Part shown: positions 39,591 through 52,270 of the stretch, piece by piece | How positions within the stretch are numbered: the first letter of the stretch is position 1 | Layout: each line of letters begins with the position of its first letter | From: Hydrolagus colliei | Lineage: Eukaryota | Length of the DNA: 64,000 nt | Assembly (NCBI GenBank): GCA_035084275.1 | Contig: CM068751.1 | Location: 2,108,001 to 2,172,000 of the forward strand | Direction of reading: 5' to 3' | Made by a program: the position numbers and the translations under genes | The notes under the pieces: model-generated | The model's input: only the letters and a program-made list of their open reading frames with translations | The model's database searches: none | Told to the model about the DNA's origin: nothing

Positions 39591-40886
39591 ATCCAAAATG
39601 ACACATAGAGTTCATAAATTAACTGATAATTTATAGATCTACATCATCAGGAAAAGAAAGGTGGATCAAGCTGTCCATTGATAACTGGATGAACAGTAAC
39701 CGTACTCATAATCGTAAATATGAACTTTGGTTTCAGAGATCTGTCATATAGCTGCAGTGTTAAAAAAAGATCTGCGGGTGTCAGCAAATAGCTACAGATT
39801 GTTTGCGGTGCAGAATATAGTTTTATGTAATTAATGTTGAATGCACAATAGTCTAGTAGAAATCACTGTTTTAGATTCGGGTCAGCTGGGTGGCTAACTC
39901 AAGTGCAAAACCATCACCATGCTTTAGAAACCAATATTGTGTCAATTTAAAGCACCCAGATTACAAGTGGGTAAAGGTTCTGTCAATGGCAGCAATAGGC
40001 CATAATATTGGTTTCATGAATTAGCTGTATTGCTGTAGAGTAATACAGTTTACTTTTATGTAGAGCTCCTTTCACAGTGGAAATGTGTTAGGATCATAAT
40101 GGCTTACAGCTTATTGCTAGAGCAGATGACATGAGAAAATTGTCAGAAAATGTTACTTTGCTGACAGTACCAGTAAAAGCTGAATGTGAACCTCTCCACA
40201 AAGCTAATGGTGGCACCCTCTTTAATCTTCCCCTCCCACCCCTCCACTCCCCGGAGCCTTGAGCTGTGCCTATTTTGTCTTAGTGACATCATGTGTAGGC
40301 ATCATGAAAAGAGCCTTGGTTACCATTCTTAGTCATAGCCAATGGACATTAACCGTTCTGTCCACTGAAGACTGGGATCCCTTTCATCTTTCAGTCTGGA
40401 CATTTCAAGGATAGGTATGAGAAAAATTTATTGATTAAACAAACAGTTTCTTTAGTTTTAACACTATCCCACCGTAAAATCTGGATAAAAGGTAAGACAC
40501 TATTTTTCCTTATTTAGGCAGCATTAAAACAAATTTAGCAACAGAATTTTTTTCTCTTGCCAATATTCTCAACTCAGGCAGCAATGACAACAACAAATTA
40601 CATTTGAATAGCATCTTTTACGTCGTGAGGACAGCTGAAGGTGCTGGACAGTCAAGGATTTGCACCCAAGCTGGTGGGTGAAGGGCAGCGGAGGTGACTG
40701 AAGACGTATGACATGGAAAGCCAGGTTCTGATAGCTCAGTTAACTATTTTGTACGTGTGAGCTTAAGCAGCCAGTGTCTGCAGTTTATCTACTGTAGCTG
40801 ATCTTGCTCTCTCGTCTTGGTTGTGCCGCGACTAATTATTGCTCCACAGCTATTGAGCAAGCATCTGAATAGCATCATGAGCTCGT

Positions 40887-41227
40887 GGAGCTCCTGTGGC
40901 TCAGTGGTTAGAGCACTTGTCTTGCAAACTGGGGAGACCAAGCTGGGGAGACCTGTGTTCATAATCGAGGCAGATCAGGGCGAAACCTTGGGCAAGTTTC
41001 CTTACTCCACATGCCTAATAAAAATCCCTCCAAAAAAAACCACAATAATAAAATTGGTCATTTCAATCCACGACTGTGTGTGGGACACTGCTGTGCGCAA
41101 TTGGCTGCCGCGATTCGCCCACAAATATATACAGTCAATTCACTTTACAGTATATTCTGTGAAGCGCTTTGGGACGTTGATAAAATGTGGAAAGCGCTAT
41201 ATCAAATGCAAGGATTATTATATTATT
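40887..41227 (+). mobile_element. tRNA-derived SINE, full length
   Basis: TGGCTCAGTGGTTAGAGC head, family body, (TTA)n tail. Confidence 0.88.
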
Positions 41228-42023
41228 TAACAAATAAGATTTAAGATGATTTTAAAGGTGGGAAGAGAAGGCTCAAGGTAAAGCGATTTGGGGAATGAGT
41301 CCTGGTCCTATGGGGACAAAATAACAGCAAGCTCAGCCACCAATTGCTGGGTGAACGAGATGAGGGAAGAACAGTAGGCAGCAGTTGGAGGAGAGATGGT
41401 GAAGACAGGAAATGGGGCAGGGAGATAGGCACTGGACAGTCATAGATTTGGACCTGAGCAGGGGAGGGGATGGCTTGGGAGGGTGGAGGGCAGGGGGGGT
41501 TGGGAGCCGCTAGTGGGATTTCCTATCAAGTTTACACATCATCAAAGGTGCTGCGTGATTTGTTTCATCTAGATGAGCTTAATAAAGCCCTTGTTACTTC
41601 TTAGGTGCAATAAAACTCTAGTGCAGAAAGCTGAAAGGATTGGGAAGCATGAAAGTGATTCCAAATAAATGTTTGTGAGAATTTCAAAAGTGGAGTTACA
41701 TCAGTCAAAAGCTCCAACCAGCAGCAGAAAGTGCAGTAGCTACACCACTCCACCTGATGAACAAGCAGGAGAGCACACCCACTCAACTCTCTGATTCTAG
41801 TCATTTGTTGTACATATATAGATATATGTATATACAGTATTACACATGATTAGTGTTATTCATTATTTAAATATGATAGAAATGCAAAAATAAATTCCCA
41901 ATCAAAACCTATTACAGATCATGCAACATCACATACACAATGTTCAATGTTCATTTTTATCTGCACCTGAGAGGCAAAGACTCAGTTCACCATGTTACCA
42001 TGCAGTGTGAAGTGATGCCCGAT

Positions 42024-42196
42024 TTAATAATCAGTCTCTCCTGAAGTTGATGTTGATTCTGAACTGCTGGTTGATGAGCTGGAAGAACTGGAAGTAGCAA
42101 CTGTTGCCTTTTGGACTTTCCTCAGCATTCTGGTCATTTGACTTGGTTTATATGGGAGTCGCTCACATTCAGGATCCTGGCACGTCCTCAATTTGC
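42024..42196 (-). CDS. Candidate distal terminal exon of the RhoGEF
   Basis: ttttag|GC acceptor; phase 1 matches the donor at 50593; open frame (G)KLRTCQDPECERLPYKPSQMTRMLRKVQKATVATSSSSSSSTSSSESTSTSGETDY*. Confidence 0.6.
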
Positions 42197-42520
42197 CTAA
42201 AAGTCACAATAGGAAGAGTTAATGACACACACAGAGACACACACACATACACATCAGTTTTGAGATATTTTTCTTTCATTGGTCAGGCAGGAGTGAAATG
42301 CAAATGGAAGCCTATTACCCTGCCTAAGAGTATTCAAACCAGAAACAGTTCAACGCTTGTTACTTCCACGTGGAAATGATCATGTTTAGAATGGAATGTG
42401 TACTCTCTCCCATGATTACCTAATTTCACAGAGTATTAGGTCCAAGTTGGCAAAAGCCAAAGCTTGGGAATCACAAAGTGGTAATTGAAGTCCTGTTGGG
42501 AGTTTAAACAGCTAAAATGC

Positions 42521-44155
42521 ATAGAATCATAAAATCGTATGGCTCAAAAGGAGGCCATTCGGCCCATCAAATCTGTGCCAGCTCTTTGAAAAGATCAACT
42601 CAATCCCATTCCCAGCTCTCTCCCCATAACCACACCCTCTCCAAATAAATGTCTACCTCTCTTTTAAAAGTACAGTAAAAGCCCATTTATCTGGCACCCT
42701 CGGGACCTGGCCAATGCCGGTTAAACCGCATGCCGGATATTCAGGTGGCAAGTTGCAGAAAAACCCAACATAAATTTTAAACTTTTTAAAAAACATACCA
42801 TATTAATAATAGACTAATTAATAACAAAATATTGTATGGATACTTACCAATAAAGCAATAAATATTGATCACAGTCTATAAATACAGCACACAATCACAA
42901 AGCAAACTTCTACAATGGAGGACGGAAGAGTTTCTTAAAGGGGCACTGTTGCTTTTTCCTCTTTTTTTTCTTTCTCTCCCTCCTTCCCCCTTTTTCTCTT
43001 TCACACACACACTCAGTCAGTCTGGCATCTCAATGGCTCCAAACCTAATCCCCTCTCAACTCCTCTAATTTTCCATCTAAATTAATCAACTCACCCCCTC
43101 TCACTCCCCTCCTCTCCCCCACCTCTCTCTCCCCCTCCCACTCCTCTCTTGTTCTCCCCACCTGCCTCTTTCCCTCTATTTCCCCCCCCCCAACCCTCTC
43201 TCTCCTTCTCCCACCCAATGTCCCATCAAAACATGGGGGTATAAACCCACGATACAGTCAGGCTACACAGGCAATACGTAGAGAGAGAGGGAAAGAAAGA
43301 AAGGGGAAGAGATAGAAAGAGAGATAGAGAGGAGAGGGGGAGAGAGAGAGAGAAAAAGAAAAAAAGGGAGAGAAAAAGGAGAGGGAGAGGAAAAACTGTG
43401 CCCCTTTAAGAAGAAAAAACGGAAGTGCCACTACCGGCAGCATTCAGAACTAATCGTACTGTACTCTAGTGCAAGTTGTGGCCTAATCGACTCATTAAAT
43501 GCGCCACCGCGATTGTGCTGGATAAGATCCAGTTAATTGAATGGGGACCTGTTTTTGGAGGTGCCTGTTACACGGAAATTATGATTGATGGTTGAAGTTA
43601 TGGTCATGGATAAATGGGCTTTTACTGTAGTTATCGATTCGGCCTCCACCACCTTTTCAGGCAATGCATTTCCAGATTCAAACAACTCGCTGAGTGAAAA
43701 CAATTCTCACCTCCCCTCTGCTTCTTTTAGAAACTATTTTAAATCTGTGACCACGAGTCACTGATACACCCACCAGTGGAAACAGTTTTTCCCTGTTTAC
43801 TTTATCGAATCCTCTCATGATCTTGAAAACCTCTATTAGGTCTCCTCACAAACTTCTCTACTCCAATGAGAAGAAACCTAGCCTCTCTAGCCTTTCCTCA
43901 TAACTGAAGTCCCTCATTCATAAGAACATAAGAACACAAGAAGTCGGAGCAGGAGTAGGCCATTCGGCCTATCGAACCTGCTCCACCATTCAATCTCAGC
44001 CTTATCCCCATACCCCTGGTCCCATCCTAGTAAATCTCCTCTGCACCCTTTCCAATGCCTTAACATCCTTCCTAGTGTGGTGACCAGAATTGAACACAGT
44101 ACTCTAGTTGTGGCCTAACCAAAGTTTTAGAGAGGTTAGTCAGAACTTCCTGACA
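42521..44155 (-). mobile_element. CR1 3' fragment interrupted by a MITE (42673-43627) and by a second CR1-type 3' end (about 43918-44015)
   Basis: Colinear with 37660-38270 on both sides of the insertions. Confidence 0.85.
42673..43627 (+). mobile_element. pogo/Tigger-type MITE, long copy nested in CR1
   Basis: TA|CAGTAAAAGCCCATTTATC ... GATAAATGGGCTTTTACTG|TA, perfect 19-bp TIR with TA duplication. Confidence 0.9.
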
Positions 44156-44856
44156 TTTGCACTTTTGCTTGCCATTGAAATCACAATCTGGTAAGCTTCC
44201 CATTACTTTTCAGCTAGGACTAATGTTAAATACTATTTCAAATGATTGTTAATTCCCCATATTTAATGCTGATAATATTGAAGTAAGATCATCATTGGCA
44301 TTATGTAATCTGTTTTTTCCCCTTTATTTGTTACTTTAGTTGCAGATTTTCTTGATGCTTGATGCCTGCGATAGGTTCATAGGTTCATCGTAAAACATTA
44401 TCTTAATGAGTTTTACATAGGAAGGATTTTATGCTAAGTACAAAGTGTGCAAAAAATACTGCTGATTTTATTGATTTTTATTTCTGGTGGAGGAAATTCC
44501 TTTCACCTATGATTGAGGTTGTCATCGTTAGTTGGTTTAACTAGCTTTAATTTTTTTTAACATCGTTTATTACAGAAATAATTACATTTTTGTTTCAAGT
44601 CTGGGACATACAGAGGACTTGATTGCTACACATTACACAGTTTGGTATTTACAGGTAAATGAGGTAAGTGCTTAATTTAGGGAGTGGCCTTTTTATTTAA
44701 TTGATCTTCTGCATACAAGTGCATTCATCAATTTTCATAGGTCACTTATCGAATCACAGCAACGTTGATGCAGCTGCAACATATCTAATTTGTGCTGTCG
44801 CAATTGTTTTGTTATATTCACAGCAGCAGATATTTTGACTACTCTATTCCCTAAGG

Positions 44857-45050
44857 CAGTGGCTTCCAAACTCTAAATAGTGTGCTTCCCCCACCACCCC
44901 AACCCAGTAAAGTTTTCGTTGCGGCTCACTCACTGGTGAACGACTTATTAGCGAACGTCGCAATGTTAAGCGGGGTTTACCTGTAATAAGAACAATAACG
45001 GCCGCACCCCCCCAGCCAAGGGAGGCGGCCCTACAGTTTCAAAACCACTG
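44857..45050. mobile_element. hAT (Charlie/MER5-like) MITE
   Basis: TIRs CAGTGGCTTCCAAACT / AGTTTCAAAACCACTG; near 8-bp target duplication CCCTAAGG / CCCTTAAGG. Confidence 0.75.
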
Positions 45051-46394
45051 CCCTTAAGGGGTGATATGAACAGGCTTCCCAGTTTTAAAAAATCCTGTTA
45101 GCAAATTATTGTCTAAAAATGAATGGGATGACATAAAAATGACTGAAGAATTTGTGACAAATGTTTTCTGTGGGCAGGTTTGGAGACCACATCGAGGGCG
45201 ATTAAGAGGATGAGGAGTGATCAGAAAGGTTAAGATTAATAGATCCGCCAGTGGTGTGAACACCACAGCTGTGGTTCTGAGGAAATTGAGATTAGATATC
45301 TTTGTAACACAGCTCATTATTAGTTTGCAGCAGTCAGAACATTGAAGATGTCACAGTTTTTTGAAGTGTATTTTGTTCAATTTATAGCACATAACATTTT
45401 AAATGGGTTTAAACAAGCAACCCCGGAACATTATTTTCAGATATGTCAGTCAAATGAAAGGGCATAGGCTTAGAGTTGCAAAGAACAATTAGATACCAAG
45501 ACATCTTCGTTTAGCTAAAGGTTAATTACGACTTGAAGAGGTTGACAGGAACAATGATTGAGGCCGGGATACTGGACCGTAATTTCTTTAAAAAGCTTAA
45601 TGTTCTGGAATGACAAGATCAATTCACTCTGTGACTGTTTGCATGATACTGCTGTGTGCAAAATCAGCTGCTGCATTCACCTACAATATACAGGCACCCC
45701 ACTGTGAAGTATTTCAGGACATCCTCCTGACTTTGAAGATGTTATTTGAATGTAAGGATTATTAGCAACAAGCCTTTTTCATTCAAGATTTCAATCTTGT
45801 GAAATCATTGCACTTGTGGGAGTTTGGTCAAAGATTCTAATTCCACACAATGCAGATCACCTGATGTGGAGTCTGATTATTTCAGTGATTGAACTTTTCA
45901 AAATAAGTTAAACTGTAGTGGAGACAACTGGACAGTCAATTTGGCTTGTGGGTCAGTGATTAAAATCACTAGAGATAAATAACACTCCTTCAAAGAGGAA
46001 TTCTTTATGGAATGAATTTGAAGAAAACTGACTACTTATGACAAATATCTGAATAATCAAGTTGTGAAGGTTTACTTGCTTAACAAGCTTTTGTCTAAGT
46101 CTAAATAATAATAGTCTATTATTTCAGTAACCAGTCACAATTTAAAGTGGACATCCAAGAGATATTCTGAATCATATCCCCCTTCTTTTTGCAGCAAAAT
46201 ACACCTGTTGGAATTTCAGAGTTTGGAAGCAAAATGTAGCTTCAGGGACAGGTCACAGGTGGGGGTTGAGAAATGGGGACAGAACATGCAAATAAAATCA
46301 GCCATATGTAACAACATAGTTTTATTAAGATGCATAAAATTCCAAAGAAAGAATGTTTATTTTTTCCAATACACCTCCCCTCCTGCTTTCAAAT

Positions 46395-46529
46395 ATTATT
46401 TTAGAGTGTAATAATGATTATTTTAGAGTGTAATAATGATTATTTTAGAGTGTAATAATGATTATTTTAGAGTGTAATAATGATTATTTTAGAGTGTAAT
46501 AATGATTATTGTAGAGTGTAATAATGATT
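46395..46529. repeat. Minisatellite, 6 x 22 bp (ATTATTTTAGAGTGTAATAATG)
   Basis: Five identical units plus one with a single T>G change, no spacers. Confidence 0.95.
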
Positions 46530-46684
46530 TCTGATGGCAAGGTGTTGAGAAATATTATTTAACTAATTAAGATTCTCAAACATAAGATAAGTATTTACAT
46601 TTATTACCTTGGCCAAAAACTTGAAACAAGAGGAAATGGACTCAAATTTAAAACAAACAGGGTTTATTATAAACACCTCTTGTT

Positions 46685-46748
46685 TAGCGCCTTGGGACGT
46701 CCTCCCGACGTGAAAGGCGCTATATAAATGTAAATTGTTGTTGTTGTT
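46685..46748 (+). mobile_element. Isolated L2 3' tail
   Basis: GCGCCTTGGGACGTCCTCCCGACGTGAAAGGCGCTATATAAATG(TTG)n. Confidence 0.8.
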
Positions 46749-46975
46749 ATTAACAATTTAGCTTCAGAGAGCATTGAATGGTTATAGTAATAATAATAAA
46801 TAGAAATAGTAAAGTCCCATTTCAATATGCTATTTTGGGGGTCCATAAAATCCCAATCAGCGGTATTTAGGGGCGTGCTTGCCTGTCACCTGCTGTGGTC
46901 ACTAGGCATGCACACAGAAAGTTGGCCTGCTCCATCAGCGTACTTCAAAAGTGGTAACCAAATAACTCCTAACTC

Positions 46976-47035
46976 AACAACAACAAAATTCCATTTATAG
47001 AGTGACTTTCACATCGGGAGGACGTCCCAAGGTGT
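46976..47035 (-). mobile_element. Isolated L2 3' tail
   Basis: Reverse complement of the same tail. Confidence 0.75.
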
Positions 47036-49107
47036 TGACATTTTGGTTGGTTTATTGGAAGTGGTGAGGATCTGGTGTGCACATTAAAATTTTTGCTGGA
47101 GTAAGTAAACATCAGGATCCACACCGAGATCATTCTATAAGTGAGCCTGTGCTGTAAAAAAGGGTATGCGAATGATTATTCCGCTGTACAGTAAACTATA
47201 ACCTGTTTACTGTAAGGAAAAAAGGAAAAAAGATTCAGGGACTTTTCACCCCCAGTATCCATTAGACATTTTCTGGATCAAAATATAGAACTTTGGTAAT
47301 TGTCCTTGTCTGTCTCCATGTGTCTGGATGTCTCCCGACATGAAAAAAAGCAATTTTGTTGTTGTTGTTGTTGCTCCCATTAGAAAACATGGTAGATAAA
47401 TATAGTGCATTTACAGAAAACCTGATATAGGACAAATGTAAACCAGCAGATGGTTTAGTGTTGCCCTTGAAGAGGTGGCTCTCAGTGCTGTGATGATTAA
47501 TCCTTCACAGAGGCACCTCACTTTACACTCATTAGAGGAGAAAGTACTGGAGAATATTGCTGTCAAAGAGCCTCGAGATGATATTGTTAATGATGGTGAT
47601 TGTGGTAATGACATGGAAGGAGATGAAAACTGTTGATAATATTGGGAAATTAAGATATTAGCTACCAGGTGAAAACTCTAAAATTCTGCTAGGAGGAGTT
47701 GGCATATCTCAAATATGAATACTTGACTCCACCCTATCCGAGAGACACTGAAGACATAAACTTGTCTATCTCTGTCCACCATCTTTGTCCCCACTCTTTA
47801 AATTTCCTTTTCATATTTTCTTCCTTGTCCTATACTTCCCTAGCCTCCTTATATTAATACTCTGCGTATTTGGGTGTATTCTCTATCAATCATTGTTGAT
47901 TGACTCCATGATAAATTAGCCATTCATTTAACTTTTCAGCAGAATAAAATGGTACAGAGTTGCCTAAGTGGATGAAGAGAAATTGACTACACTAGAGATG
48001 TTTTCTACTAGAGCAGTGAATATTGAGAGAGTAAACAATAATAGTATTTAAGATCTTAAAAGTCGCATCAGGATAGATAGGGAAAGTCTATCTGCTTTAA
48101 TTAGGGAATCAGTCATATAAGGAATATCATCTCAGGGTTATTAAAAGAAAATAATGGAGAGATTTGGAGCAATGTATCATTCAGAGGGATGCTAGAATTT
48201 GGAAATTGTTAGCAAAGTGGCTGTTGAGTCTGGATAACTAGAATTGTTCAAAAGGCCAAACAATCAAACTAGTTAGGGATGAGGTGATAAAACTGGAGAC
48301 ATTTCTTGATCGGGCATCTTATCTCCTTATATTTTATGATATCGTCTTTCAGTCATATTCTCCATCCCTATCCCAGATGCCCAAAAAACAATGTTAAACA
48401 CTTTGGGACATTTGTATTATGTGATACGATAAACCAAATAGACTTTCTATACTCAAGAATTCCGTTTCTATAGCGATTACTATCCCTCAAAGCAACGTGT
48501 GAATATCTTTGAGACATTCCAAGCACTGTTATTAAATGCAACAATTACTTAAATCCTTATCGCTCAGGGTTGAAACATTCTGCACACCTGTAATGCATTT
48601 TCTTTGCTGCACAGTTACCATTGTTTCCGATTTCAGATAAATTAATTTGTTCCTGGTTCCCTAATTTGTTTCTTTAAAAAATAGGATACTCAGCTTTTAG
48701 TTAATTTCACCCTCACTTACTCCTCACCCCCATCACTACCTTGCCTGCTCTTGTGTATTGAATAAAGCTTCAGAGAAGTTGATATCAATCATTATGAACA
48801 GAACAGCTGTCTCAATGATATATTTCTCCCCAGTTCAACTCATGAGGAACTGCCTTGCTGATGATCAGCACATTCCATGACAACTTGCCTGAGATCAGGA
48901 ATACACCAAATGCATAATCAGACCTGAAAGAACTAGAGAGCAAAACGCAATCCTGGACTGTGAACATCAAAAAACCATTGTCATAATCTTTACTCCAAAG
49001 GTACTCTGACCAGTTTTTCTCATTTCATTTGGATTGTAGGAAACATTGCCGTCTTTATGATTGTAAGGCCAAATCTTCAGGGGAGCAAAACCTGAAAACA
49101 AGTCTAA

Positions 49108-50352
49108 CTCTCTGCCTCTTCCCTCAACTCCAGGACAATTGCTGTCCTGACAGACTGTCTGTTAGACATCAAGTCCTGGATGAGAGCTAACATTCTACAG
49201 TTGAACAACAAGACCGAGGCCCTACTGATTGGCTTGCAACAGTGTCATCACACATCAGGCACTGGCTGCATCAACCTCCATGGTTGCTCACTCAACCTCA
49301 CCAAGCCAGTCAGGAACCTAGGTGTCTTGTTCAATCCTCAACTGTCTTTCCTCCCCCACAACCAAGCCATGACCCGCTTCTGCCTTACTTCACCTCTGTA
49401 ATATTGCTCGACTCCGCCATTACCTCACCCCTCAGGTCGCTGAAACCCTCATTCATGCATTCATCCCATCCTGCTCGACTACGCCAATGCCCTGCTTGTC
49501 GGCCTTCCCAACTCCTCCCTCCATAGGCTGCAGATAATCCAGAACTCTGTGGCCCGTGTCCTCTACTGCTCCAAGCTTCATGACCCCATCTTCCCCATCC
49601 TCTCTGGACTCCATTGCCTCCCCATCACCCAGAGGATTCAATTCAAGATCCTGCTCCTCATTTTCAAAGTCCTCCATGACCTCACTCCACCCTACCTCTG
49701 CGAGCTCCAAACCCCCTACCAACCTGCCCGACCCCTCTGCTCAGCAGGTTCTGGCAACTCCACATTCCCCCGCCCCACCCGCCCCACCATTGGCGGCGAG
49801 GCTTCAGCCACTCTGCACCCAACCTCTGGAAATTCATCCTGCAGTCTCTCCACCTCAACCTCTAGACTCCTTGAAGTCCCGCCTCAAAACCCTCCTCTTC
49901 GATGGCCCCATCGGTCACCACAAATCCCCCCCTCAAGATCTTCGTCCTCACTTTCAAGACCATTCATGGTGCCCCTGCCTTTATCTCCGACCTGCTGTCT
50001 CCCTATCAGCCTGCCTGTCCCCTCCATTCAGCGGGCTCTGGCCTGCTCCACATCCCCTATCTGAACCGCCCTACCATTGGTGGCCAGGCTTTCAGCCTCT
50101 CTGCCCCCATACTGTGGAACTCCATCCGGCAATCCCTTCACCTCACTTCCTGCCTTTGCTCCTTTAAGGCCGGTCTCAAGACCTTCCTCTTCGACTGTGC
50201 CTTCTGTTCCCCTCCTAACTCTCCCACCTCTCCTACTCTCCTTCCCCCTACCCTGCCACCCCCACCCCTTACTTGGGTCCCGACCTGACTGTTCAGCGCC
50301 TTGGGACATCCTTCCGATGTGAAAGGTGCTCTATAAATGTAATTTGGTTGTT
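49108..50352 (+). mobile_element. L2 LINE, two tandem 3' segments
   Basis: First segment about 49108-49930; second restarts at the KIFVLTFK motif at about 49933 and ends in the standard tail. Confidence 0.88.
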
Positions 50353-50592
50353 TTTAGCTGCCATCTTGTATATGTTGGTTTTAATTGCATCTCAGAATAA
50401 TATCTCATTTGGAGGATGTAGCCTCTGCTCCTCAAATTTGTTATACGAGAATATTTTTTTTAAAAAAGATTATATTGGCGTTTGGCTTCAGTATTTTCCA
50501 ATTGGAACAATTGAGATTAAATGATTGATTCATGCCTGTTACTTTATTTCAAGTTTTCTTAATCTTAGTAAGACTTTTGACAGGAGTTTCAC

Positions 50593-50655
50593 CTTTCTGA
50601 CGCTTCTTTAACATTGCTCTGGCCCTGTTCTTTTGGTGTTCTGTGATGACAAACC
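50593..50655 (-). CDS. RhoGEF post-PH exon, 63 bp (or terminal exon by read-through to TGA at 50549-50551)
   Basis: caag|GG...AAAG|gtgaaa; (G)FVITEHQKNRARAMLKKRQK, cf. collybistin GFEISENQKRQAAM; phase 1-1. Confidence 0.82.
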
Positions 50656-50870
50656 CTTGAAATATAGTACAAAAGCCATGGTTAATGAAACACAATTATG
50701 AATTAGCAGCTAACTCTAAATCATTTAAACTGATTTGTTTTTCGTTAAAATAATGGTTTGTGTTGACTAACATTTTTTTTGTTTCCATATGTTAACTCTG
50801 AAAATAGATGTATTAGTACTATTACAAGAGTAAAAATATCGAAACAAATACAAATGTATATTTTATTATT

Positions 50871-51105
50871 GGGTGTCATCCTGGTTCAGTTGGTTGCATT
50901 CTTGCCTCTAAATCAGAAGCTTGTGGAATCAATTCCCACATTAGGGCTTTCAAATGATGCCGTCTATGTTGACACTCGAGTGCAGTACTAAGAGTGTGCA
51001 ATATTATTGTAGGTTTACATTCAATATATTCTGTGAAGTACTTTGAGATGTGCTCTCGACTGGTTGCAGCTCAAAGGTGCTTTATCAAATGTAGGGATTA
51101 TTTTA
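50871..51105 (+). mobile_element. DeuSINE-like tRNA SINE relic
   Basis: tRNA-like head plus TGACACTCGAGTGCAGTACT Deu-like core and SINE tail. Confidence 0.55.
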
Positions 51106-51194
51106 AGAATGTTAGTGGAAATTCAATGAACAAGTATAATTTTTTTTCTTTCCAATAGACAGGAGTTGGAGTTTCTACTGAAATAAATCTTTAC

Positions 51195-51441
51195 CTGATA
51201 CTTCATCAGCTTTAACCATGTTTCTCTCATCTTCAAATGCATTGAGCCACAGCAGTTTCTCTGATCGTTTCTTTGTACAGAACAACTGGACCTCATCATC
51301 AATGTACCTGTTCTGAAGCTTGAAACCATTCTTGATTTTGAGGTTAAATTCACAGTCCTTTCCATCACTAACATCTATCACAATAACACTATCCATGTCT
51401 ATCCTGCCTTTATAGTACGTGAATTCCCTACGTAGAAGGTC
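51195..51441 (-). CDS. RhoGEF PH-domain exon, 247 bp
   Basis: acag|GAC...TCAG|gtaaag; [17 protein letters not shown]...KNGFKL...[16 protein letters not shown]; family motif [17 protein letters not shown]; phase 0-1. Confidence 0.93.
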
Positions 51442-51624
51442 CTGTGAAAAGGTATGAAACAACACAAGAATTTCTATAAACTGTTATTAATTAAACTTTG
51501 CCTCAAATAACAAAATGATCACTTTTGTTATTTGACCAAAATAATAATAAATCTATCAATCTCAGATTGCACTGAATGGTGAATAATTCTTAAATTAGGA
51601 AGTTTTTAAGAACTCTGGAAAACC

Positions 51625-51923
51625 AATAATAATAATCCTTGCATTTCCAATAGCGCTTTTCACGTCTTCATGATGTCTCAAAGCGTTTCATAGAATAAAC
51701 TGTAAAGTGAATTGACTGTACATTTGTGGGCGAGGTGCGACAGCAAATTGCGCAGAAGTGTCCCACAACCTGTCATAGATTGAAATTACCAATTTCTTTT
51801 TTCAAGGGATTATTATCAAGCATGTGGAGTAAGGAAACTTGTCAATGGTTTCACCCTGCCTGGAATTGAGCCTAGGTCTCTCGCTTTGAGGCGAGTGCTC
51901 TAACCACTGAGCTACAGGACTCC
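51625..51923 (-). mobile_element. tRNA-derived SINE, full length
   Basis: Reverse complement of the 29169/40887 family. Confidence 0.88.
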
Positions 51924-52138
51924 ACATATATTTATTCCATTTAAGAATAAATAAAAGAATGTTCAAAATTCTTATGACAAAATGATCTTATTAAGTGGAA
52001 AATGTAGGCCCTTGGTGTTTTCATTATTGCAATACTGTGAAATTTGTCTTAAGAAAAATCCCCATTGCTTTAAGAGAAAATAACTTTCCAAAAATAAGAG
52101 GTGAGACTAAAACCTTGCAATTCTGGCTATGTTTTTAC

Positions 52139-52270
52139 CTTCTTACATATTATGGCCTGATGATCAAAGAGGGTAAGCACAATTTGCTTACTCTTGGACT
52201 CTGGCTTCATGACCACAATTAACTCACCACTCATGATCTGGTGAGAACTACGAGACAAGAGATCTTCACC
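52139..52270 (-). CDS. RhoGEF PH-domain N-terminal exon, 132 bp
   Basis: tcag|GGT...AAG|gtaaaa; GEDLLSRSSHQIMSGELIVVMKPESKSKQIVLTLFDHQAIICKK, cf. GEDILDRSSELI...FLFDHQMVLCKK; not in the ORF track. Confidence 0.92.

Noticed and set aside
40887-40975. tRNA gene (also at 29169, 36943, 51850, 59500)
   Set aside because: The A/B boxes are SINE heads continuous with SINE body and tail; no intact cloverleaf is evident
46395-46529. CRISPR-like array
   Set aside because: Units are head-to-tail with no spacers, there are no cas genes, and the context is vertebrate
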